This document shows, piece after piece, positions 45,501 to 59,000 of a stretch of 64,000 bases of DNA; the stretch's first letter is position 1; each line of letters begins with the position of its first letter. Under the pieces are notes generated by a model. The model saw only the letters and a list, made by a program, of their open reading frames with translations. It did no database searches and was not told where the DNA came from. Location of the stretch: NCBI GenBank assembly GCA_900617105.1, contig UYFQ01000460.1:1-64000 (forward strand), in the 5' to 3' direction. This DNA comes from Hydrurus foetidus. Lineage: Eukaryota. The position numbers and the translations under genes were made by a program.

Positions 45501-48500
45501 AAACGAAGTGCGTGTGATGCAATGTGAGGTGATGTGTTTAGGGAGGAGGTGAGGTCAGGAATGGATCTTGAAGGGATAGAAGGGAGTAAACGATAGAGAA
45601 AGTGTGGAAGAAGAGGGTAAATTTTTTAAAGTTCCAAGGTGATGCGTGCACTTGGCGTGATTGCGTCGGAGAGAAGTGAGAGTGATACTAAAAGATGCGG
45701 AATAGAAGTCTACCAATAGAATCTGTGAGGTGAGAACACTTAGCATACAAATAAAAGGCACACAGCTGCAACAATTTACATCCCCCTTCACTGCTTAACT
45801 AACGTAATATCCCCCCACTCAAAGCAAGTGACTTGAAGAAAATAATACATATTGTGTTATTTGGTACCTGTATTATGCGGCTGTGAGAAGTATGGGGTGC
45901 ACTGACTGACGATTGCTCCCATGAACTGCATTAGTGCAGTCTTCATCCTCTCGGGGATGTCCAGAATACGGGGGGACAGAGCGGTCATAATGGCGTTTGG
46001 CTCGTACGTCACTCTAGCCGTGTTAAGAAGTACGTTCGCTTGATCTCTGATGGTGAGGAAGTGAAGAGTGAAGGAAACGGAGGAGAGGATAAGAACCGAT
46101 ATGAATGAAGGACTTGTGTTGAAGTTCTCATCTGCACTCTTCGCTAGTACATTAGCGCCACTCAGCGTCTATGCAAATTCATTTCTCACTTACTTTATTT
46201 GCGCCCTTCTGTCCGCCAGTCTGTTGAACAGAGCAGAGAGGAGGACACCCAGCTTACCAAAGCTCAGGGCTGAGTAGCCCTCTACACAGACACCCAGTAC
46301 CGTCATCGCCTCAACTGCAACTTTCTGGTGTGCGTCACCAAAGTGTGCGACAGATATGTCGATGATGCCCTCTATGTTGGAGGCAATGGAAGTAAAGGAC
46401 TCCTTCCGAGAGGAACTTGAAGTTGAAGTTGGACTTCCGAGTGCGTCATTGCCGACAGTCTTGGAGGTCAATGCATTTGTGAGCAGTTCATTGATTACTT
46501 CAAACGATTTCAGCCTTGTGCTCCAGTGAGCATCTTCGCACGCTGTTCTCATCGCCTCCAGAGAAGTAATAGATCCAGCACTGGGCCACACTGGGACCTC
46601 GGATCCTAGATTCTGCATCTCACCCCTAGTCCCAATGGAGCTGAAGGACCCGGACCGGACCAATCTTCTCGAACCTGCTGTGGGACTGGGGGGAGTGCTG
46701 GGGACAGAGGAGGACGACAAACTAGCAGCACGTGAAATGCTTGAGCTTGAGTTTGTGCTTATCATCGGTGGCCTGCCAGACGCACCTGACTGGCTCAGAC
46801 GGACACCATCTCTGTCCCCTGCGACAGTGGCATTCAACGTCGGCGGTCTCACTGATGTTCTGTCACGGGTGGTGTGGAGGGGTATGCCGTTACTATTCGG
46901 CTGATTTGCAGTCATCGCCCCGTTGAATCCGGTCCCTCCAACTGAAGACCTCTTGGTGCCGCCAAGTGTCGCGTTCATAGTGCTGTCATGGGAATGGTGA
47001 TTGAATGAAGAAACGAAAATGTGGAGAGAGGGAAGGGAGAGGGAGAGAGAGAGAGAAGAGAGGTAATTCGACATTGTGTGTCACAAGGTACATTGCAGTG
47101 GTCGCAGTCATTCTTTCAGTGGCGTGAAGATAGGATGAGAAGAGACAAGACGGACACCGTGTACGCGTAACACAATATATTACCTTCTCCTCGCCCCACC
47201 GCCCATGTCACCATCCTCATCCTTCTCTCTTACAGGTTTAGGGGGTATTCTTTGAGGACCGGATAGGGAGGACCTTCTTGAGGCCCCTAGCACGGACGGA
47301 GCGACACGTCTCGCTGTACCTACATCACCCCCTGTGTTCGAGTGGATGTCAGAATCCGTCCCTCTGGGGGTCTCATCATGATCTTCATCTACAGCGGTTG
47401 GAAACGAGCGGTTGGACAGATTGCGTCAGCTCATACACAGGAAACAAAGGGGACAGAAAGTAGAGAAACAAAAGGAATAGGAGACGAAGCAAATGAAGAG
47501 AAGACAATGTGAATGTGCATGTTGCTGCCAGACAGCAGGGCGAAATAGAAGAGAAGAACTAACTTCTGCAAGACATACACTTAGAGGGTAAATTAGACGG
47601 AAAGTCAGGCTAGCAGGCAGACACATAGATGTGCACAGTACAGGAGATCATAAGCTGACCGTGCACACAGGTAGTCGAAAGAAGTGACACTGCTCTGCAC
47701 TGCACTACAATACTCTATGTCTGTGGTGCAAATACTAATGCGGTGAAAACTATCGAACCTTGTCCCTGCGAAGACTGGTATCCCGCACCCGCTATACCCA
47801 GCCTAGAGAAAGAAGGTCTGATGTTCACCGCCTGTAGGGGGGATATGGGGGGCGTGTCCGACCCCATACTGGCATTCCTGGACCCTAGACCGGGTCTGTC
47901 GGATATACCGGATGGACCTCTGACCGTCTGCATTCTTTCCGTGAAGTTGGATGCGGATGTGTCTTTAGGGCGTATGTCCCTAGAGGCGCTGTTGCTGCGG
48001 AATAGGGTCATAGTGCTGCTCTGCTTGGCACTCCCACTCCCTCTGGAGCTCGAACTAGCGACCTCTCCGTGATGACCGTTACCATTATTGAAATCGTTAG
48101 AAGCATTGTCTGGATGGACCGTTCTGCTGCAGCTCAGACTCCTCCTCTCTCCCCCTACACCTGCACTGGTACTACCGATAGTGTGATCTCTGCTGTGAGG
48201 GGTGGGACTCGCTCCTCTGACAGTTCCCCCTGAAGGGATTCTTTTCTTAGGAGAAATCGGAGGAATCGAAGGCGGGGGCGGAATGTTCCCAAACCCTATG
48301 GGGATTCCGCCTTTTCTGTTAGGAAACACTTCTGCGACATCAGAATCACTGGGAGGAACGTACTCTGGACTGTACGGATCGTACATCGCGAGTACGTGCG
48401 GACTCTGGATCATATTCAACAGCTCTATTTTTTGCGTATTAGAAAAAACATTTAATTGAGTTGAGTTGAATAGGATATAAGATGTTGTATGCTTCGATAG

Positions 48501-51500
48501 TGAGTCATGATAGATGGAAGTGGATTGGTGTTGATTCAATGGGGTGAGAGAGGAGTTATGGTACCGAATCTGTACCGACATAACCAGCGATGGGCGGCGG
48601 TATCTCTCTTACAGTATGCAGAAGTAATAGAGAGAATCAATGATGTCCAAATACAAACCATAGTATACGATTATAACTCAATTGCCAAAAATAGGAAAGA
48701 CGTAATAAAATCCCATCGTCAAAACAGAAGATTGAAGTTGAAGTTACAGTTGAAGATACCTAATAGATCTTCGGATGGTTTTTGCATCTCTGCTGTTAGG
48801 TGTTTCTGAGATGCAGCATCCAGATCGGATAAGAGACCGTCCATCGCATTCTGGAAGATAGGGACGTTGTAGAGAGAATGTAGATGTGAGGGAAGGGAAG
48901 AAAGAGAGAGTGTGGGATAGGAAAGAAGAGAAGTGAGGGAGATAGGAAGGGATATAAGGAAGGACAGGAGGCAATTGGATGAGATTTAATAGTGGGTGGA
49001 ATTTGACTGGTTTTAATGTCACTGACATAATTTACTCTACAGTGCAATCAGTAATTGTAAAAAAGTCAGTTGGAGTTTCAATAAATCACAATATACACAA
49101 TAAGTCAAACTTCAAAATAATGAGTTGTGATAGTAGTGTCTCACATTCCACTGACTATTCTTGCTTCGGAACACCCAGAACAATTGTCGCGCTGCTCGTC
49201 GCACATCTGCACATTAGTAGCAGGGAGAGGAAGAGTAGAAGAGTGAGGAGAGATGAAGAAGAAAAATAAGAGAAAGAGAAGGAGTAAGAGAGAAAATGTG
49301 CGAAAGGAAGAGAAGAAAAAGAGACAGAGTCGAGCAGAGGATGGAGAAGATTTGCGGAGAAGAAAATGTAGAGAGAGGGGAGTAGAAGAGGGGTGGTGGT
49401 GTGATAACAGGAAGGGGGTACAGGTGAGAAAGGAATCTAGCTGTATGCAATTCGGAATGAATTGTTGGACAAGATGAACGCTCTCATGCGCATGTCCGTG
49501 TGTTGTGTGGCCTATTGCAGTCAGTGCCACATGTTGGCACTTGGCCGGTTATTCCAGTAATATACGAGAGTTATTTGACAGATATCACCAGTAACGTGGG
49601 TCACTTACTTGCATCAGCATCTCCAATCAAACTCAGTAGCATCTTTTTGATGAGCAGCAGTTGCCTAGGGAGGTGAGAAGGAGTGAGAGGATGAATGCGT
49701 TACATGAACAGCAAGATACATACTGGTGAGCGAAGGGACTTGAGACATTTAAATGACGCTTCAAAATAGGTTGACAAGCCAAGTAGATGTTAGCATCTTG
49801 CAGCAGATAATACCAGCTCTGTGTATGTGGATTTATCCTTCCCCTCCCCTCCTCTCCCCTCCATTCAACTATCACATACGCAGTTACAATCGACCTCTTC
49901 GAGCACACTCATAAACAAAAGCGGACACACGAAAAACAGTTCACTCACTTTGTTAAGATTTCAACTTTCCAAGTCGCTGCCGCCAGTGAGAAATACTCGA
50001 GAACATTCTTTCTCAAGATAGGAATTTTGTTCGAAGAATGTTCCAGAAGTACTGGAATGACCTAAAGGGATAGAATGAGATAGATGTGTTGATAAGTAGA
50101 GAAGAGAAATCAAATAGAGGAAGGTGAATAGGGAAGAAGATAGAGAGGTATATGCTGAGATATTTCGTAGGGGAGAGAAATTCGATGAAGTATTTCGGTA
50201 AGTGTTACACTGTGGATTCAAAAGAAAAAATCCTCCATAATATAATCTGAACCGCTACGTGCGTACACTGTACACCTCACATTATACTCATACGCGCAAG
50301 TGGGTCGCACGATTTAAAGGACCCATTGACGACTTAAATAGTCCCTTACGATCCCAGTTCTAGGATCTGATTTTGTGCTTTTCTCGGAAATGGGACCGTA
50401 GGTAACGATCTCACAACGACAAAATCGTAGTTTTGAAGTGTAACGAATTACCTTTGCGAAGCCTGCGGGACAACAGGTCATTACGATGCGCACACAGCGA
50501 TCAGCGGCCGAACTCATCACCTGGATCTTGAGACCTTTGGGGATGCAGAGAGAGAGAGAGTGGAAGTATTGAGAGAGTGCAAGAGAAGGAGCGTGTCCAT
50601 GTGTATGTGTGTGTGTGAGAGATTGAAAGAGGTGATGCAGGGAGAAAGATTGGATGAGCGAATTGACGGATGTGCGATCTGGAGAAGATGATATAGTATG
50701 CTCCACACTCAAAAGAATTGGAGCGGTAGAGATCGCTTGATATCGCAACTAACACCCTAGTCTCGTCAGCCTCATGACACCCCAAAATGAATGTGAGATG
50801 AATAAATGTATGCGATGAGGTCTATCAGAAAGGTACCTAGCAGTTTAAAGAGCACTGGTAGCCACAGCTCAGCTAAAGGGGCGAACAAATGTCCCATTTT
50901 ACGGGACAGCAGTGCTACGGTGCGACACGCCTCTTTGCACACAACCGATCTCAAGTCAGATATCTGTATCGAGATCTATGTGCATTCGATTTGATTGGAA
51001 GATGAGAGATTGAGGAGGTGAAAGTAGAAAATGAAAGAGGGTTTAAAGTATTGATGAATCAGTGAGAAGGAGTGGGGCTCATGACATCTACAGATACTGG
51101 GTATCTCAGACAAAGATGAGTGACACTCTGATTGTGTTGTGTTGTGATGTGTTGTGTGTGTGCGTACTTGTATTTTATTTGCGCCTATCACTATGCCTAA
51201 GCTATGTGGGTTTGTGTATCGGGGAAGAGCATCAGTATTTTGGGGGAAGGGAAGCGAAAGGGAACATAGATCAGTAAGCAGTTGCGGAAAGACATGCGAT
51301 GAGTTACTTGTAAGGTGAACGAACCATTTACTATCCAATACTGACAGTATGACAAACAACGCTGAATCCAAAAACAAAAGGAAGTAGTGCCTAAGATCAC
51401 ACATTTCACATTTCACATTTCTAGACGGCACAGATGCATCGCTGAACATGTATACCAGCTCATGAGAGGCTTTCAGATGTCCCAGGAGGGAATCGAACTC

Positions 51501-51752
51501 GCCTCCATCCCCGACAGCCAGTGCTTGTAAGGCATGCAGAGAGGTGATACGCGCGTTCCAGTCTTCGGAATTGCTCAGACCTACACCGGATAGATATTTG
51601 GGGGGACGGTTGTGATGATAGGACAGGGTGGAGTAGAGTTCGGATTGTGTATCAGTTAGAGGTGTTAGAGACTATGTGGTGCGAGACCGTGCTGTGCATG
51701 TGAAATAAAGTGAAAGATAGAAGGACATCGCGGAGACTGTTTACGTGTCTAC

Positions 51753-51848
<96 letters not shown>

Positions 51849-54800
51849 CAAAGTGAGAGAGTAGAACATCACTGAGACCAGTGCGAAGAATATATAAGTG
51901 TCGAGATATACGTACGTATATGTCATCATATAAAGATAATTCGACATGCACAGCAAATCGAATTGGGTGCGATCACATTTATCACGTAACATTTCCTCAT
52001 GGTCGGACAAAGACTGCGATGTCAATTATTAACGGGTTGGACCATTCTTTCTGTCATCAATGAGTAGCCTAAACTTCTTCGACTGTGTGACATGATATTG
52101 TAGCCCGATCATACATGGGCGTATTTCCTATCCGGCAATAACACTATTTCACAGCTTTTTCTTGCATACTATTTTTATTCCTTGTAACTAGAGAGGAGAA
52201 ACAGTTTAATCACCTTTCCAAATAGATTCCATGCACGACCCAAGATCCTTCTCACAGTATGCTTTTGATCCCTTTGGGGTTACTCCTTCTGAGAGCAGTC
52301 CCATGAAGGAGATTGGATGAAATGTACTGCTGCCGATGCTGCGACCCCCTTTAGGGGAGATTGATTCAGGACTTTGGATCGATGGATTCCGCACAGTCAC
52401 ACCTTAAGGGATGAGATATAATTGTGATTGTGAGGGGTGGATTGATTATGTGACTGTTGGATACTAGACAGTGGGTGGAGGAATCGCATCGTGTGGAATT
52501 ATATTGTATGTATCACAGAGAAAAAAACACACTTGCTTGTCATCAAACACACGGCAAACACGGGATATCAGTATGCGGCATACAGTATATGATATGATTG
52601 AAATAAAAAACAATGATTCCAATCCAAGACAATTAAACACAGCATAACATGTCAAACATGAAATAACTTACTCGTTGTCACTGATAGTCTACTATCAGCA
52701 GATGTCACTTTCCTCCCTGTACCAATCTCTCTCGTGCGCGCCATTTGCATGGCGTGTGTGGGGTGTGGCGACAGTGACATGCCGTCAAGCGAATCCACTT
52801 CGAAAACCGTTAATTGACTGTCATGCGTCTGTATACCGTTTCCATTTATATTTCCATTTCCGATATAGTGTCCGTTGGTAGCACCGCTATTGTTATTGTT
52901 GTTGCTGTTAGAGTTGATAGCGTTGGTAGGAGGGCGATGTGTGTGTGTGTTCTTGTAGCTGATGGCGTCTTGCACCGCTGTGATCTCTGCGGACCCTAGT
53001 CCCGTCACATTCCGCAGCTCCTCCAGCATGGACTCCCCGAACACATCGTACAGCGACACCAAGCATGACACAGCTGCAGTGCATACCGACGGATTTGTGT
53101 CCACTAGCAATTTGCCCACACGGGCGCACACATCCGGCATAACCTTAACGGAGAAGCCGTGGAATAACGGCATGATACGGTACGATTAGAATTTTGCGGG
53201 AATTTCACTGAGACTCGTGGGGTTGAAGTATGAGTTGCTAGTTGTACCAACTGAATGCACAAACTGTCCTCTGATGCATCTGGATATGTTGTGCTTCAAT
53301 ATCGTACTATCTTATCTTCTATTTAAATGAGATCAGTGTGTCCTGGACAGTCACCCTCGAAACAGTGAGATGATACATGCAATCTCAGTCGACACATGCA
53401 AGCACTACAGACCACATGGGAGTCAAGGCAAAACAGTTCTGTGCGTTTGCAGAACAGTACAGCACAACAATACAGAAGATGACATGACTGTGAGTTTAAT
53501 TGCATCCAGTATGAAGCTCACAACCTGTCACAATCTACACCCTCTCTGCTCTCATTTAATCTCCTCTCAACTTATCACATAAGTTTATCATCAAGAAAAT
53601 GCAGATCATCATTTCATCGTTCCTTTACCCGATTGAACTCTGCGCGACTCTGGCAGTCACTTTTTAAGCCTCTACTCTACTAATTTCGTTTCTCTTATAT
53701 CTCATATGTGATCAAATATTTCATTTCTAATTCTGTATATGAGACATCTAATCTATTGCCAAAAAAAATCACAGGGCTGTTAGTAGCAAAACACGCAATT
53801 AGACTAATGAAGTGACGTAATGCCAGCGGCGCATTAGTCATCATCTAAAGTGCGGCAGGACACTAAGTCATACGTAGATCTGTAGAGTCAGTGGCTGATA
53901 GATGCGTTCGTTTATTGCCGGATGATGAAGATTCTTTCAGCAGATAATGAAATCTTATCATCTTGATATCAGCAGCAGTACCATTCTAATGAACTTTATC
54001 AGAGCAGGTACAACATCAGCAAAATAAATAGTCAGCAAAGGCTTCTGACCACACGATTTTTAACTAAAGCGATAGTCAACAAACAGAATAGTAGCAGCAG
54101 TAACAGCAGCATCATTCAATCCATTGCGAAATTCACCATGATATCATCGCCATATAAACTGTGCAGCTTGAGGATAGTCTGTAATGCTCCGTCCCTCACG
54201 CAATGATTCTTGTGGCTTAATAATGGCTTGAAATTAATGATAAGAGTAAAACAAGTCAAATAGGACACAATACTTCAAGAAGTTGGATCAGCGAATAATG
54301 GCATCACATAGGAAATTTTTCAGACTTTAAGTATTAGTTCGGCTTACCGTCACTTTTTCGAAGCCATCAGTTAATCCCAAGACATTTATCACTGAGACCA
54401 TCAGGTCGGACGCTCGCGCTGTCACTGTCCTCTTCTCGCAAATGTTTAAAGGATAGAAGTTAGTTTGAAATCTGCAGCTTTAGCAGCTTTGCTGATGCCC
54501 GGGTATTTGTTTGAGATTGTTGTCTTTCATTGTAACAGAAAATCTTGACAGCTTTACTTTTCCTCACCTGAATGTCGCTGAATTTCACGATCAGTAAATC
54601 GAATGTTCTCTCCAAGTAGGGCTGGAATGATTCAGACTGACACTCAATAAGCGTTTGCAAGCAGTCGAAACCAGTCATGCAGAGCTTTATATTGCTATCC
54701 TCAGTTAAGATAAGGCAGCTCGAAACAACACGACTTCTCGCATCGGGCTACATAGGATTAGAGATGTAATAAATGATCAGGAACATTAGCTTGAGTCACT

Positions 54801-55011
54801 TGAAGCATGCTCAGTGAAATGGCGTCGTAGAAATTCGGAAAACAGAAGTTGTGCCTTGTGACAACATCTCCCTAAAGACTTCTGACTTATGGTAATGTAC
54901 CTCGAGATATTCTATGGATGATTTCAGTCGCAGCTTTTCATATAATAGCTCAGCTGATGCAAGACGGACCCTGAGATCACTGGAATGAAGCCCCTGGATA
55001 GAAGACTCCAT
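42195..55011 (-). CDS. CLASP: CLASP (CLIP-associating) TOG/HEAT-repeat microtubule regulator, many exons
   Basis: N-terminal TOG-like exons; CLASP_N motifs DWNARITSL, DLRSVVCKEAC...LAELWLPVL and LKIQVMSSAADRC; Ser/Pro/Arg-rich linkers; further HEAT blocks (HWSTRLKSF, DAHQKVA); C-terminal DIRKAVVFVLV...QKKLLHIYIEK. Confidence 0.88.
42530..42567. repeat. (GA)n intronic microsatellite
   Basis: GA dinucleotide run with one interruption in the last CLASP intron. Confidence 0.9.
51753..51848. repeat. Compound (GT)n(GA)n intronic microsatellite
   Basis: Short GT run followed by ~80 bp of GA repeats. Confidence 0.95.
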
Positions 55012-55188
55012 GGCCAGATCTAGTTTTTCTGCATTATTTGATGAGTTCAGGTAGAAGATTCATAACGCGTGTCTGGAAAGTTTGAAAAGTGAAGAGGACG
55101 AGGACGAGGTTGGCAACGGCAGGAAAAGGAAAAGGACTCATCTACATCACGTACATACCAATACCGTACGGTACAGATGCTCACTGAA

Positions 55189-55525
55189 GGCGACCTTTCC
55201 GGTTATACCCCAACCACCTCTGGCCTAGAAAATTGAAAAACGTCCTAACTTTCTTATTTTTGATAATAATTTCTATTTTTTTTATAAACGTCCAAAAATA
55301 TACTTGGAGCGTTGACTCGTTGATTGCCAATGTAGAGCTCTTTAGCTTAATGATGTTGATGATTGTGAATATTCGCTAGGCGACGATGTCTTTGAGATGT
55401 GTTGTGTGTTGCGTTTCAGAAAAACGGGGCCTTGAAGTTTGAGTGCATAGGGGACGAGAAATTCCACTCAAAATTCGTTTTGTACGTTTTCAGAAATCCC
55501 GGATGGGGTGGCCGAAAAGGTCGCC
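55189..55525. mobile_element. MITE (337 bp) with 4-bp TSD
   Basis: TIR GGCGACCTTTYCGG (13/14 match, then ACCCCA after a small indel). TGAA directly flanks both ends (55185-55188, 55526-55529). Confidence 0.8.
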
Positions 55526-55531
55526 TGAATA

Positions 55532-55853
55532 CAGTGGGCGTCACCTTTAGCTGACAATGCTGATCGTGGCACTGTATACAATACATCAATCGTTATCAAC
55601 CATCTTAAAGTATCTTATTATCGTGTAGAAACGGTAGATATTATCATAACTGAGAATTTGTACTCGATAGACTTCTATTTTTCTTTTTATTCTTTGAGTT
55701 GAAGAAGTTCCTAGTTTTGCTAAAAACGACAGCTGTGGCACTTGAGTCGTCAAAAAATGTTCTTCACCCCCCAGAAAAATTTTTGGGTAGTAATAAAAGA
55801 CAGTTTTGATGTGGCACTCTCGAAAAATTGTCGGCTAAAGGTGACGCTCACTG
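55532..55853. mobile_element. Tc1/mariner-type MITE (322 bp)
   Basis: 27-bp TIR CAGTGRGCGTCACCTTTAGCYGACAAT with 2 mismatches; TA on both sides. Confidence 0.9.
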
Positions 55854-55893
55854 TACCGTCGAGTGCCATACATTTGGTCTGTGCTTTGTGTTT

Positions 55894-56068
55894 TGATGTT
55901 ACTGTGGGCCAGAAAGAACTAGATTAGCGGGCTTACGAGGGGGTAATTGAACTGCGAGAACATCCTAACAAGTGGCTAGGAGTCTACCTAGAAGTCTACA
56001 GTGTGTTTGGGTATGTACCCAAACAGACGGAACGGGGTCCAAGGTCCCGGGGACCCCAGACGGCTACA
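55894..56068 (-). repeat. 3' LTR-like segment of the second Gypsy element (175 bp)
   Basis: On the minus strand the PPT AAGTGGGGGTAG is followed by TGTAGCCG...CAGTAACATCA. Confidence 0.7.
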
Positions 56069-59000
56069 CTACCCCCACTTATTTTAAAAATGAGAAAACT
56101 AGTCTAGCGCTTTTAGGAAGGGCATGTAGACTAACGCTTCTGAAAGAAGAGTGAAATAAAAATTAGTAAAAATAAAATATATATTTTTTATAGTCTAAAC
56201 TGACGCTAAGGAAGAGTAACTAAACTAGCGCTTCAAAAGGAAGGGCGACATTCAAAAGTCTTTAGACGATATTGCAGAAGTATTGTGCAGAAGACAATAA
56301 TATTGTACAAAAGACAATATGTGGAAGGGGATTGTGTGTCGAGTGGGTATACTCGTGAATGATTATATCAGATTTCTACTGACTAACCTCCGTAAAAATA
56401 AATCTCTCTTGAATTTGAGGAAATTTTTTTCAGGAGTAATTTTCGTAAATATCATTCACGGTTCTTCCCGTTTAACAGGAGTAATGTAACGAATTTCTTT
56501 TGGAATTACGTAACTCATGTTATCGCGCAGACATACTCGGATCCTCTATAGGAGATGACACGGTACGGGTAACCGAGTTGGCGGTCGATCAGTATAACGA
56601 CATAAAACATATGTCCCTATAGGGAACACGGTCGCACTTTTAGCTGATGCCGCGTGTTTAGCGTCTGCTGACATTAAAGCTTGAACAGCCGAATCAAGGA
56701 CCTTGTCCTGCACACTGATCAAGTCTTCGATGTATGTTGATCTAGAATGTGTATTCACACTTAAGTGTGATGTTAAAATACCACGATTCAAGTCAAGCTT
56801 GTTTCCGAACAGTAAATGTGCGGGCGCAACTTTAGTGCGTCTATTAACTGAACTGTTAATGATGCGTTGTACAAACGGGATTGACTTAGCATATCCTTCT
56901 AGAGTTTGTTTATCAGAAACGAGACCTCTTAGGTGTTTATTTACCTCTTTGTTGACTCTCTCAACAATCGCATTCTCTTGTTTTGAGTATGAGAGGGTTA
57001 AATTATGTGGTGTACCACAAAGATCTAAAAAATCTTTTATTGGGGATCCTCGATCCGAAATGGGATCCTCGATCCGATCTTATCATATTTGGCGATCCAA
57101 ATCGACCAAAATGAGAGAGTAAACAATCGGCCGCAGATTTTGCGTCCGCATTTGCACACCAAAACGGTTCCGTCCATCGTGTGAATGTGTCGACGATGAC
57201 AAGGATATAACCTTTGTCTGGGAATGGACCAATATAGTCAACATTCAGCGTATCGAAGATAGCATAATTCGACGTTGCAAAGTGAGAAGCATTGATCTTA
57301 GGATCTGTTGCACTCAACTTTTGACAACACGGACAGTTCTGTATGAACGTACGTACATGTTGTTTCATGTTTTTCCATACTTGTTGTAAACTAAACAATC
57401 GAGTAAGGGTACGGTCTACACCGTTGTGACCAACAAACGCATTGTGGCACATCTGAATGTATTCTAACTGATCGTCTGACGCTGGTTCAATAGCTGTCAA
57501 CGCTGATACAGTGAATGACGAAGACGAAGTTGGAAGTAGTTCCAATTCTGTTGTTCGTAATGGCAACGCAATTTCTGTCAGATTAGGACATAATCGCGAC
57601 AATGCGTCAGCTAAGGCATTTGACGTGCCAGGTGAGAAGACCACCGTAAAATGAAGTTCTTGCATTGCAATAAATCACCTCGCTACCATTGAGGTAGGAT
57701 TTTGTTTCATATACGTAATGTTCAAATGATCCGTATAGATTGTGAACGTAATCGAGTTGTGTACAACAATAGAATATAGCATACGCTTCTTTCTGTATAG
57801 TTGACCACCTTATTTGTGTTGGTGTCAATGATTTGCTTATGAAAGCAATCATAAGCAATCAACGAGATATAGCAATCTGTGTGTCGTGAAAGCTGTTGGT
57901 ACTCGCTTGAGTCCATACAACGGCAGAACGTTTTGGAGCAGAATGATCTATCATATCTTGCATTGGTTTAACCAAAGAAGAATGCATTGGTACAAACTGT
58001 CGAAAATAGTTCGCAAGTCCTAAGAATGATCTTAATATTGTTAAGTTCTTAGGTATAGAAAAGTTAAGTACTGTTTCTATTTTTTCTTTTGACATGAATA
58101 AACCATCTTTGTCAACCACTCTGCCAACGTATTCAATACGAGGGAGGCCAAAGCGGCACTTTTTGGCTTTGAGTCTTAGACCCTTAAGTCTAAATCTCGC
58201 AAAAACTTTTTTCAAGTTAGTTAGAAACTCTGCTTCACCCTTGCCATATACTATACAATCGTCGAGATACATCTCACAACAATGATAGATAATGCCATAG
58301 AGGACCTCCGTTACCATCTGCTCTTGAAAGTAAGAGGGGGCACGACACAGACCAAAGGGCAGTCTCGTAAACTGAAATACCCCCGCAAAGCATATGAATG
58401 CCGTAAAAATGCGATGTGAGGGGTGTAACGGTGCTTGATGGTAACTCGCGGTTAGATTCATCACACCAAAAATATCCATTTTTTTGTTACCGATCCTTTC
58501 AAAAAGATGTTTGATATTCGGCAGGGGAAAAAAGGCGGGAGTCAGGCACTTATTCAGTGGTCGGTAATCGATGCAGGTTCGAAATTTACCGGGTGACGTA
58601 GTTACGATTGCAGAATGACTGTAATAAGCAGCATCTGACCGCTCTATAACTCCCGACGCAAGCATCTCATCGAGATTCTCCTTAAGAGCAACCTCTTTAG
58701 TCGATGACTGGGGACGTACCGGCGTACGGTTTTCGTCTTTTCCCCACAACTCAAGTGGGATGTTAATCTCAAAAGATTTGAGTGATGCTGGTTTCTCAGC
58801 TAACTGATCAATGAAGATGTCTGAGTATTCAGAACAGAGCTCTCAGAGCTTCCTCTGAAAGCTTTCATCTCCCTCAAAGGTAATCTCCTTGAGGAAATCC
58901 TCTGGCCCCTTGGGCAAGTCATCTTGACTAGGTTTCTCAGCTAAGAAGGGTGCGAACGTGTCTATCTTGCCATCGTCAATCTCGTCAACTGAGAGTGCGA

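Noticed and set aside
42869..53582. Many short Leu/Ser/Phe-rich or Arg/Glu-rich ORFs in the ORF track
   Set aside because: They arise from CT/GA-skewed introns, microsatellites and antisense frames of the CLASP gene. The same applies inside the ABCC gene.
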